NCBI GenBank assembly: GCA_000320545.1
Contig: ADNK01000750.1
Coordinates: 1 to 51,845, forward strand
Direction of reading: 5' to 3'
Source: Bigelowiella natans CCMP2755
Lineage: Eukaryota > Protista > Cercozoa
DNA: 51,845 nt
Shown here: positions 38,471-50,510 of the stretch, one piece after another
Layout: every line of letters starts with the position of its first letter
Numbering within the stretch: the first letter of the stretch is position 1
The notes under the pieces: model-generated
The model's input: the letters and a program-made list of their open reading frames with translations, nothing else
Database searches by the model: none
What the model was told of the DNA's origin: nothing
Program-made: the position numbers and the translations under genes

Positions 38471-39115
38471 GCTGAAGTGCACCCATGAGCCTTTGATCCT
38501 TCTTGTTTGCAAGTGTTTGCAAACACCAAACACTTGCAAACCATTGTTTGATTGCTTCAAACACTGCGCGAGCTCTTGAATCGAAAACAAGCATTTGATG
38601 ATTTGAACAAACAATGTTTGGTCAAACACGTTTGCAAACATGTTTGTTTTCAAGTGGTTGTGCCTAGCTAGCTAGCTCTGGTCAACATCTGTCCATGGCT
38701 AGATTGTGGCTGGCGATGCCGTTTGTGACTGCTTGCAAACGACATGCAGGCGGTGGGTCGATTGAAATGGTAATTGATCGTGCATCAAATGCTTCACCAG
38801 TCGAGAGCGCTGAAGCATCGCACAGCAGCAGTTTTTGAATGCAATGCAAGGCACACGGGTGCTAGCGTGCGTCTAAAAGCAAGTACATGAACACAGCACT
38901 ACCCTGTGTGGCTACACAGAATTGCATCATGTAGGCTCGTATTATTTTGTGATGTTCAGCGGTATAAAAAAACTGCATTGATTACAGCCTCGCCCGATCC
39001 GCTATCATATCGTGTATGCATGCTAGATCTCGTGCGCTGTGAAGTATGAGATGAAATACTACAAGACGCCGCCGGAAATAAACATTCCTGTAAGATTAAA
39101 GACATTATCCAGAAC

Positions 39116-39406
39116 CTAGCTACTACCCATTTGAGCGGCAACCTGAGAAGGAGGAGAAAAAAGAAGTCATTTAACAAATTTCAAGCAATTTCCAATTCTC
39201 ATATTCTCGGAAAATATACTGCTTAAGCAGAGGCGAGTACTACTAACGAAATACTACCTCATCTGCAAAATTTTCCTCCTTCTTCTCAATTCCTTCTCCA
39301 AGCTTGAATTTCATAAATCTATTTATTAATTCAATATTCTAAGATGCTATTTCGCATGTGATGTATGCAGGCGTTTGTAGTAGTAGCAGTAGTAGGAGTA
39401 GTAGTG

Positions 39407-39440
<34 letters not shown>

Positions 39441-40949
39441 CAGTAGGAGTATCATTTGCAACTGAAGCTGATGCGTAGAAGCAGCATAAATAGTAAGCAC
39501 GTCAATGTCGTCGTCGTCTTCGTGAATTGTTGGGTAGTAGTACCTTCTAACCACGATGTTTTCGCCTATAGTAGCCACGGACTCCTTAATTATTTGACCG
39601 ACCTTTCTGGAAGGATCCATGATGTAATCCTGCTCCAAAAGAGCTCTTTCGTTGAAAATCTTGTCTACACGACCTGGCAAGAACAATCAGTCAATCAAGG
39701 GGGAGGAGCAGGAGGAGAAGGTACCACTCATCAACCTTATAGAAATGGATGATGGGTGGTATCAAGGGGGAGGAGCAGGAGGAGAAGGTACCACTCATCA
39801 ACCTTATAGAAATGGATGATGGGTGGTATGTGGCATGAATCAATTATGATGAAATTAGGCAGCACCATCTACTGCTACTAGTAGTACTAGTACTACAACT
39901 ACTCGACTACTACCTTGAACAATTTGAGATCTGATGTTTTCAGGTTTATTTGCCAAATCTTCACGACCCATCTCGATCTGGATCTGTGGGTAGAAGGAAG
40001 GAAGGAAAGAAGAACAAGATAGGATGATTCAGATAGAGAGAAAGAAAGAAAGAAACAGCTCAATAGCATTTAAAGGAGGTGTGTGCAGTATGAGTAGTAT
40101 TGTAGTGGTAAAAGTAGTAGTAGTAGTGGTAGTTTGTTCTGAGAGAGATCAGCACGTTCATCGACCTTAATGTATATAACGCAGTAGATAAGAGAAGAGA
40201 GAGAGAGGGAGAGAGAGGGAGATGTTTCAAGGCATATACATATACTTCATCGCTCACTGATCCAACCCCTTATTTCTTTCTTTCTTTACTTGTTTATTCA
40301 TTTATTTCTTTCTCAAAAACAAGATGCAGTTGATATGTATAATGGTCTATTATTAATATTATTGTTACCTCTCTTTCTCTCACTTCCGGATCGATTTCGT
40401 CAACCGAAACGTACTCAACATCCGGGTTAGCTGCAACCTAATAACCAAACCAATATCATCTATCATTTATACCATCTTCTTTACGACAAAGACGCAGCGC
40501 CAGGAAGGAGAAGGAGGGGGAGGAGGAGGAGGAGGGAAACTTTTGAATAAATCTTGAGATTCGCACTACGAGTATTCTTTTTACTAAAGTTGGCTACTGC
40601 CTCAATTCCTGATGTCAGTGAGTATTACCTGCATAGCTAGATTGTTTGCCAGCTCTGTAAACTTCTGTTCAATGGTAGAGGGTGAAGGGAAGAAGATGAG
40701 GTATCAATGTGTGTGTACGTGCAGCACACTACGTGAAGATGATAATATATACTGCTGTTAGATAGATAAATGGTGGATCATGATGATCATAGGTAGTAGT
40801 TTTGGTAAAACAACCGTAATCATATTCTTCGAGAAATCCATCATATTCAACAATGAACAACTTTTTTGAGTGTGCTTACTATGTTACTTATTCCGTCTAA
40901 TTATATTTTCCTTCTCCTTCTTCTTCTTCCTCTTCTTCTTAGCATTTCT

Positions 40950-40982
<33 letters not shown>

Positions 40983-41387
40983 CTCTCCTCTTGCCACAAA
41001 GTCGGTCTCACAGTTGAGCTCAAGTAACACTCCCATACGAGATCCAGGATGAATATACTCCACAACCAAACCTTTATAACAATAGATGATTGGTAGTCAC
41101 TACATTATTCATTGATCTTGATGATATATTAATGACACATACTTATATTTTTTTATCATTATGTATCTTATATGTACACTTACAATGATCATGGAAAAGC
41201 AGCACTTACAAAACATTACTTTCATTGTTGTTGGAGTACTTTCTTACTTATTTACTACTACTACTACTACTACTACTACCTTCAGCTGCAGTTCTACCAG
41301 CTTTCTTCGCTGCTCCAGCAATTCCTTTCTTACGTAGGAAATCCTCTGCTTCTTGCAGGTTGTTATTGCTAGCAGCAAGTGCCTTGA

Positions 41388-41424
<37 letters not shown>

Positions 41425-41469
41425 TATTACCATGCATACCAACTAAAATAAAATGATTTATAGGCTACT

Positions 41470-41524
<55 letters not shown>

Positions 41525-41717
41525 CTCCCATCTTCTTCTCACCCCTACTACTACCACTACTACTAGTACTACTTTCTTGCAATCCATCATTCCAGCACCA
41601 GTCTTGTCTCGCAGCTCCTTAACCATCTTCGGGCTGACAGCAACCTGAGAAAAATAAGAGAACAAGAATAAAAAGAAGAGAATTATTGCGTGCGTGTTTG
41701 CGTGTGCGTGTGAGCCT

Positions 41718-41761
<44 letters not shown>

Positions 41762-41875
41762 GAGATATGTAAAGGTTAGGGACATTGACTGTGAGAAGTG
41801 TGTGAAAATGGATTGTGTGATGGATTGTGTGAGAAGTAACAACTATGTATCAATGTGCGGATGTACGGCAAAACT

Positions 41876-41907
<32 letters not shown>

Positions 41908-42144
41908 ATAGTAGTAGTAGTAGTAGTAGTAGCAGTAGTAATAGTAGTAGTAGTAGTAGTAGTAGTAGTAATACTAGTAATACTAGTAATACTAGTAATA
42001 CTAGTAGTACTTTTGGCTTGTCCTCAGTCTTTTCTTCTTCCACTTTAGCTGCTTCAACTTTAGGCTCTTCTTCTTTCTGTTAATTGTCATAACAACAGCA
42101 ATAGTGATGACAAAGATCAAAATAATGATAGTGATAATGGAGTT

Positions 42145-42178
<34 letters not shown>

Positions 42179-42781
42179 AAGTAGTAGCGGCGCATAAAAG
42201 CAGCACATACATACAAGAAGTATGTCGTCGCATTATCAGTATTGCATACTTTGGCATAATTGGGCAATAAATCATCTGTTGTTGTATGAAACAAAAGGAT
42301 TATCATCCACATCATCATCATCATCATCATCAGTTTAAGTTAATTCATTGATGATCTATTATCCATACACTTCATGTATTATGAGAAGCATCTGCAGTAC
42401 GTAATACTAGCTCTTAGTTTTTTCGTTTTGATAATATGTACTATTACTACTACTACTACTACTACTGCTACAAGTACTACTTTCTTTTCTGCCTCTGCTT
42501 TCATAGCTGCTGTCTGTTCTTCCACTTCTTTGGCCAAATCACCAACCTATATCATATTATCAACATTAGAAGCCTCATCATCATCATCATCATATTAGCT
42601 GGAGAAGATACCCATCCTTTAATATTGAAAGTAGTATTATCTTAACAATAATATTAAATTTACTGAAAGTCAATATGCACAAAAACATAAATCCGATATA
42701 TTCTTCTTGTTCTTTCTCTCCTTCTTCATGGTTTCTCCCTCCTTCTTTTTAAGTGAGATTTGAATTCATAATTCCAACACT

Positions 42782-42815
<34 letters not shown>

Positions 42816-43194
42816 GCAGCAGCAGCAGCATATTTTCAAGGTTGATAATACGACGATATTAATCCAATGAGCTAATGGCTGTTCTTCGATGTGATTCTCA
42901 TGGTTTGTGATTATTAGATGTCTTTCCTCCTCCTCCTCCTCCTCCTTGTCCTGGGGAACTACTACTACTACTAATACTACTAATACTAATACTAATACTA
43001 CTACTACTACTAATACAACTAGCACCTTTTTCTCCACTCCCTCACCCAGAATAAACTTATGAAATCTTCTGATCTTAATGTTCTCCCCCAGTTTGCCAAT
43101 AGCTTCAACCACCGCTTCATTGACGGTTCTGGATGATGAGGAAGGGGAGGGGGGGGGGGAAGAGGAGGAGGACAAAATATCAACACAACATCAA

Positions 43195-43243
<49 letters not shown>

Positions 43244-43296
43244 AAAAACGAAGAAGAGCTATGTTATATCCAACAAGGCGAAAAGTAGTATAAAAT

Positions 43297-43331
<35 letters not shown>

Positions 43332-43908
43332 ATGGTGATGACCAGCTACAAATCTATCTATCTACAGATGTACTACGAACACACGGGGGAGGGAAGGAGG
43401 TAGATCAATACTTGGTAGGATCCATGATGTATGCTTGCTCGAGGAGGGCTTTTTCTTTTACCAGCTTTGCAACCCGGCCAGCTGTAGTTTCATTGATTGA
43501 TTGATTGATTGATTAGGTGTTGTATGCTTTTATGATGATGAGGAGGAATCATGACAGGTAGGAAAAAGAATAGTAGGTTACTACAACTCATACCATTTAC
43601 CATCGCTAACATATCTATACTAATATCATTATTTTTATTATTATCACCCGATGATGATCATCCTCTGCTTTTCATCTTATTATTTGAGTTGTTATGCTAC
43701 CAACCGCTACTACTACATGCTGTTTGTTTGTATTAACAGCAGCAATTATAAGTATTAGTATTAGTAGTAGTAGCACCAGTGATTTGCTCACGAATATTTT
43801 CTGGCTTTGTCTTAAGATCTTCCATATTTTTAATCACCTTATTAAGAGAGAGAATAATAATAATTATACTCATCATCTTCTGTAGGGTTATTTATCTTGC
43901 TCTCTCTT

Positions 43909-43956
<48 letters not shown>

Positions 43957-44353
43957 CTTACCTCTGTTTCCCTAGCAACGTATTCTGGATCAGCGTCATC
44001 AACATTCACATACTCTACATCAGGATTTGCAGCGACCTAAGAAGAGTGCCCCCCCCCCCAAATCCCAACATGATCACATGATTTTATCCCAACATGATCA
44101 CATGATTATCACAGTGCCAAATACCATCGAGATTAGGTTTTAACAGACAAAGAGGATGATCTTAAAGAGAGGGAAGGAAAAGGGAAAGAATAGTAGTGAA
44201 GTGATGATGATGATTCCCTCCTCCTCCTCCTCCTCCTCATCGTCGTCGTCGTCGTCGTCTATACAACATTAGTAGTACCTGCATTGCGAAGGATTCTGCT
44301 AGTTCCTTAAATGCTTCCCCTCTTGACACAAAGTCTGTCTCACAGTTAACCTA

Positions 44354-44393
<40 letters not shown>

Positions 44394-44886
44394 CGATCAT
44401 CATCATCATCATCATCATCATCATATATTGTTGTACAGTTGTTGATGTTGTCATCGTTTATAGCCACCACCACCACCATCACCACCACCATCGTCATTAC
44501 CATTGATCATGAGCATGACACCCACTACTACTACCATTACTACTGCTGCGTGTACTACCTCCAATATTATTATCATCATTATTTTTATCTACTTACTACC
44601 TCTATGAGCACTCCGAGGCGTGATCCAGCGTGAATGTAGGAGACAATAGCCTATTGTAGTCAAGATCATCATCCATCAGTGAATCATTCGTTAATGCATC
44701 ATCATCATCATCATCACCATCATCATCACCATCACAAACTTGTAATCGATAATAAATAGTAGCACTGATGTTGCTTCACTCAGTACTCGTTTGAAATATA
44801 TAATGAATAGTAGTACTAGTACTACCCCTTCTGCAGCTACACGGCCTGCTTTCTTCTGTGCCCCTGCAATACCTTTGTTCCTGACA

Positions 44887-44918
<32 letters not shown>

Positions 44919-46207
44919 ATAATAGTAGTAGTCATAGTCATGAAATAATAATAAGAAGAATTATAATAGTAACTATGATAAGAGGTGAGAAGGCAAATAT
45001 GATGATATGAAGATAACATCATCTTCCTGGTTCTTTTCTCATTTTTCTTACCTTCGACTCCAATTCACATATTTTGTTTTAATAATTATATAGAAGAAGT
45101 AGTAGCAGTAGTAGTAGCAGTACCTCAAATACTCTTCCGCTTTGGCTAGATCCCCATCACTTTCAGCAAGGGCCTGATGGAAGAAGAGAAGGAAAAGGCG
45201 TTTGAGACCAATCGTATTATTATCAACTAGTTGTGTTTCTTGCTGTGTGTGTTGTTGCTGCGTCTATCTTTGTGTCCTCCGTATTATTATTAGTATTACC
45301 GCTATTCCGCTATGAGTAGTAGTAGTAGGTAGGGGGTACTATTTACACAATTACCAAGTACATCTCTTCTATGTATAACTACTACTACTACTACTACTAC
45401 TGCTACCACTCTACTACTGCACACTGATACACACTGATAGATACAACTACATACAAACACCAATAATGCTATGTATACCGCCCCCCCTGTTCTCTTCATC
45501 CTCCCTCTTCCTCCTCCTCCTCCTCCTCCTCCTCCCCATCCTCATATTCCTCCTCGTTTTTATCATTACTACAACTAAGACTAATACTGCATGTTAATAT
45601 CCGTACAGATACTACTTCGCTGGCAGATAAGAATTACCTTCTTACACTGCATCATGCCCACCTAATAGGAAGTAGGAGAAGGAGGAGGAGGAGGAGGAGG
45701 AGGAACGATGAGATTAACAAATTCTACGCTCTATTTGATCTTTTACACATTGACGAAGAGAGATGGTAAACTCTATTATTGAAATGATAGGTAGTTTCAT
45801 ACCCCTGTTTTGTCACGTAGGGTCTTGACGGTAGATGCTGAAATATCTGCAAAGACTCGCATGTTATCCATTCTAGGACGGCTCACTGTGAGCGACGAGA
45901 AGGGCCTTGAAAACATTTAGTAAAGGCATGATTTTATTATTTCTGGTTCGCCTAAGTTTTCAGGTGGTGTGGGTGGGTATCTAGATATTTATTTGTTTAA
46001 GGATGGTTTCATCATGTACCTAGAAACTGGTGAAACGGTAATCATTCGACTCATTGAAGCAGCAGAAGCAGATGGGATGCCACCACCTACGTTTGCTGCT
46101 GTTGTTTTGTGACCTACCCCAATATAGAGGAGGAAACATAACATAGATCCGAGAAATACATTCACAGAGAAAGAGAGTCTTTCTGCACGGCGAAGGGTCA
46201 GCAGCAT
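39116..46207 (-). CDS. tsf: Plastid-targeted elongation factor Ts with two tandem UBA+EF-Ts units, about 20 exons
   Basis: Presequence [30 protein letters not shown] plus S/A/R-rich transit peptide; unit 1 VKTLRDKTG|VGMMQCKK|ALAES...NCETDFV...GENIKIRRF...LGEG; unit 2 [17 protein letters not shown]...NCETDFVAR...GENIVVRRF...LGEGIEKK; ends VAAQMGSS* (39116). Confidence 0.95.
39694..39829. repeat. 67-bp perfect tandem duplication within an EF-Ts intron
   Basis: atcaagggggaggagcaggaggagaaggtaccactcatcaaccttatagaaatggatgatgggtggt twice. Confidence 0.95.
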
Positions 46208-47264
46208 CTTTGAGAAGAATGAATCGAAGGGACCTTTAGAAGGATCAAAAGACGACGTGCAGATATTTCACAATACTATCGTTACAATAAGATTATGGGC
46301 GAGATGGGATATTCTTCATCATGGCGAAATTTCCCCCCTTTTTTTTCCTATCTTGCATGCTAGAAGCAAAGAAGCAAATCTCCCACGGGGAAAAGTTTGT
46401 TCACCTCCTCACTATTAGTTAATACCGAAAGAATGAAGCTTCATACTATATTAAGTACTGCGTGGTAGGTCCACGTAGACACCACGACCTCTCCCCCCAC
46501 CCCACCGTACACAGATCTATATCCTATAAAATTAGTGCTACCACTAGAAATAGGTATTTTTACGCTTCTTCCGAAACACTCACAACTGACGGACTCGTTC
46601 ATAATAGTTTCAATGAAAAGGGATTATTTTCAAGGGAGGGGTAGGGTACAGACGTATGGCCGACGTCAAGCGATTTATGGTACCGCTCCGACACAGACTT
46701 TATATAGGTACAGGTCATTTTGTATTAACGACAAGCAGCAATCAGTTTAAATCCAAGGATTTTGAGTCGCAACCTGGAGCTACGGAGAGGAGGAAATTGG
46801 AAATGCAGCGCAAGTTGTAGATCGATCTATTTGTTACTTACGACTTAAATGATAGAACGCTATTTGTTACATACGACTTACAGATCTACCAAAAAGTGTC
46901 TACACGCGCACCACATTTCTTCTTCTTACAAAATACCGCTTATTACACCGGAATAACAGTGATACGAACAATGATCTGCCAGAATGTAATGACCATTTTG
47001 CCTGAATATCTTGTCTGTTCCTTGTCTCTGCATGTTTTGACACGAGACACAACCAAATCCCACGCAAAATCCTTAGGAAAATGTAGGATTAATACTGGAT
47101 ACGACATGTAAATATGCTTGTCTTATTGTAAAAAAAATGCTAACGATTCCTTTTTTGCCCTTGTTGTGGTAGCTACTTCGAAAATCATCACATTGAGCTG
47201 TGTGTGAGGAAGTGAGGAACTGCTTGAAGGGGATAGAAGAACACAGCTGAACAACCACGGCAAT

Positions 47265-47826
47265 ATGTCGGAAGGGAAAATTTCCCTCATCGGGGTTGTT
47301 CCTCCTCCTGATAAGAAGGAAAACAAACTTGGACCAGGTTGTGCCCCCGTAGTCACTATGTCACCAGCTCAGCATTCCTCTTCTTATTATTTATCATGAT
47401 CTTTTAGCTAATATGGACCCGTCCCTTACTCGGATGCAGACAATGGACTACAGCTGTCCTATATGCTTCGAAACCATGGGTAGTTGTAAATAAGCAGCAG
47501 AAGTGATAGCAGTCGTTAGTCAGCAAAATAAGCATTTAACCTTCTCACTTAAATATCTCTGTATTATATCGTTCCAGCATATCCAATCAAGACTCCCTGT
47601 GGGCATATCTTTTGCTTAAGTTGCATGAAGGACATGGCAAAGCGACCAAAGTTTTACAAGTGTCCGACTTGCACCAGAGATCTCAAATCCTTTAAACCCC
47701 AGGTAATTCATACAGGATAATGTACACGGAGGCAATTATGGAGAAGTACGTCGTATTAGCATAAGTAGTATAACGATGTTAGCACAGTAGTAGATGTAGT
47801 GGTGGTGGTGGTAGTAGTAGTAGTAA

Positions 47827-47859
<33 letters not shown>

Positions 47860-49613
47860 CCGTATGTGGTTATGATAGTCACTGGTACTAGTAAGCAGCT
47901 GTGGAGAAAGTGATATTAGCTCAGGTAGTAGTGGCGGTAGTAGAAGCAGAATGACGAGGGGGAGGAGGATTATGTCCTCATCTCTATTGGGATTTTTCGT
48001 GCTTCTTTATCACATTTTCTCGTTCACAATTTTTCGTCATCATAAGGGGAGTTATCTAAATTCTTAGAGGAATGGCGTGGATAAGGACTTGAGTAAGCAT
48101 TTTGCCGATATTAACTCCAGAAGGTAGTAGTGTAGCCCATTCAGCTCTGAGACTACGACGGCAACATCATGATGTGTTACCTGAGAGAAAGAGAGAGGGG
48201 GGGGGGGGGGGAGATAGAGAAGCTTGCATACTTTCTTCATCATCGTCACCATAATCTGCCTTCTCTTTTCCTATATCCCCCTCGATTAGAGTTGCTGCAG
48301 GGCTTGCGACTCCAGATACAATGCTGAGTGTGTATGATCTCCCTAATCTTCCCTCAGAAGAAGCTCTGGTAGTAGTGATCAAATCAAATTATAGTAACTA
48401 CCAACTTTGTACAATGAAGAAATAGAGCAAGAAAAAGTAGACATAACAAGGAATAATATCCTTTATTTTAGCATGAGCATCTCTTTCTTTCTTTCTATCT
48501 ATCGTTATTTTCAGAGAATATTGGCAAAGCATCAGCTCGAAAACGGTTTACGGCCTTTACGCAACACGGTCAGTTTCAATTAATATAAACATCATATATG
48601 TTGAGAAAACATAGTTCAACTCCACGGTCAGTTTCAATTAATATAAACATCATATATGTTGAGAAAACATAGTTCAACACGGTCAGTTTCAATTAATATA
48701 AACATCATATATGTTGAGAAAACATAGTTCAACTCATCGTTGTCAATACCTGCATTCCTTTCTCTCACACGTACAAAATCCACAATAACACAAGGGGTGA
48801 TTTCTTATCATCATCTTCCATAATTTTATATAATATTTTCAGGTGGTGCGAAAAATAAAGTCAACTATGATTTCAAGGTTAGGTTCTTCAAAATGAAATA
48901 TGAGTGCAAAGCTACCTAATATACATCGGGTATTTACCACAGATACTGTTTCTTCTTGTTATTCTCCTCCTCCTTCCTACTATTTTTCCTCCAGATTCAA
49001 GCTACAAGCATTCGTAGAGAAGCGAACAACGGTGATGCTACTACCACCACTACCATTACTTACATTAAGAATCACGAACGATTTTGAATTAACTACTCTT
49101 TGCAACTTATTGTGTTTTTTTCCATCTTTATTTTCTCAAATATTGTGTCGCTTATTCTTCAAATATTCTACTACATTTTTCTTCTCAGTTTTGGAAAAAG
49201 GGAAGCATCGGTAGCGTTAAAAAATCAGACCAAAAAGCAATTACAGCAGCAGCAGCAGCAGCGAATAGTAGCGTGGATGCTGTATGGTCTCTACCAGTTT
49301 TCCCACCTTCTTTCTTCAAGGTTTGTAGTATGTAGCAATTATAGTTTATTCTTTCCCAACCACCAGTATAAAAAAAGACAACAACTGTAAAATAAAGACA
49401 ATGTTCATTTGCACATTTCTCCTCCTCCTCCTCATCTTTCTCATATTATTTTCTTCTTTTCCTAGGAGGGTTCTGTGGAAATAAGTATCATCGGTACAGA
49501 GCAGCCTGTGGTGAGATCAGCAGCGGAAAAAGGGAAAGGAGGAGGAGAAGGATCTACTGAAAATGATGATGCGAAGAGTCGGCACATTGGTCATCGATAG
49601 CATTAGTATTTAT

Positions 49614-49645
<32 letters not shown>

Positions 49646-50466
49646 GTTGTAACATTGGTGGATTGGATTATCATGTAATATATGTAGCTGCATTCATTAC
49701 GACACAACAAGGTGAAGCAATAGACAAATTAAGCATCTAAAAATGTGCTTTCACTAGGTTTAAGAGCGGATTTTGCTATAAACGAAACCACAAGGGTTGG
49801 TATTACTGAGAGAGAGAGAGAGGGGGGGGGGGGGGGGGAGCCTCAACGACGCCTAGCATTAAACTGATGATGCTATCAGTCATGTCATGTCGACGAGTGA
49901 GGAGGATGCACACATCAGCACCCTTTCTCCCTCCTTTCACCTGTCAGATTCTCCTAGTAGCAAATATTGTAAGGAGGAAGTGTTGTACACATGATGATGC
50001 ACTCCAAATTTTGAAGATTGTTGTACAACTTGTACTTTAACTTATTGTCAAGAAGAAAGTAGTCTCTTCTCTCTCTCTCCTCTTCTTCTTCTTCCTACAC
50101 TACTACTTCTATATAGTAATGCTGCATCATCTATCTCAGTTGATTTTTGGAGACACAAACGTGGATATCCCTGATGAGAAAATAAAAGAATTTGAAACGG
50201 GTAGTTATTTAGTTAGTAGTAGGGCTGTTTACTCTACACTTATGCCATCATGATCGATCATCATAATCCATTCTTCCATCATTGATGACATACGCACCAT
50301 GCTAAAATAATAATAACATGGAACGAAAGTAAAGCATAACACAACATAATACTAATAAATCAACTAGTTAATATTAGATGCTGCTCAGTGCTGAATTAGC
50401 GACAGCAACAACAACAACATCTTATTTCCATATATTGTAGCACACACACACACACACACACATTTG

Positions 50467-50510
<44 letters not shown>

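Larger units (their letters stand above)
36727..38480 (+). mobile_element. Truncated Ty1/Copia LTR retrotransposon (5' LTR, PBS-like site, gag; no pol or 3' LTR seen)
   Basis: LTR TGTCA(36727)...TGACA(37130), then CT and TGG-starting PBS-like site at 37133, then gag with a zinc knuckle. Confidence 0.8.

Noticed and set aside
20190-38480. ADAR-type RNA editing of retroelement transcripts as the cause of A->G changes
   Set aside because: Editing of one transcript gives sense-strand A->G only. Here TA->TG and TA->CA co-occur and extend into flanks and a spliced host gene including its introns, which favours a DNA-level process. Editing of fully dsRNA intermediates is not formally excluded for the TEs.
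37372-38579. Alternative genetic code or codon bias to explain Tyr-free gag
   Set aside because: TA is missing in all frames and in the non-coding LTR, and neighbouring host genes use TAT/TAC and TAA/TAG normally.
2815-38760. Classical fungal RIP or CpG-methylation decay
   Set aside because: These are C->T processes that enrich TA (RIP) or deplete CG; the tracts lack TA and are CG-rich.
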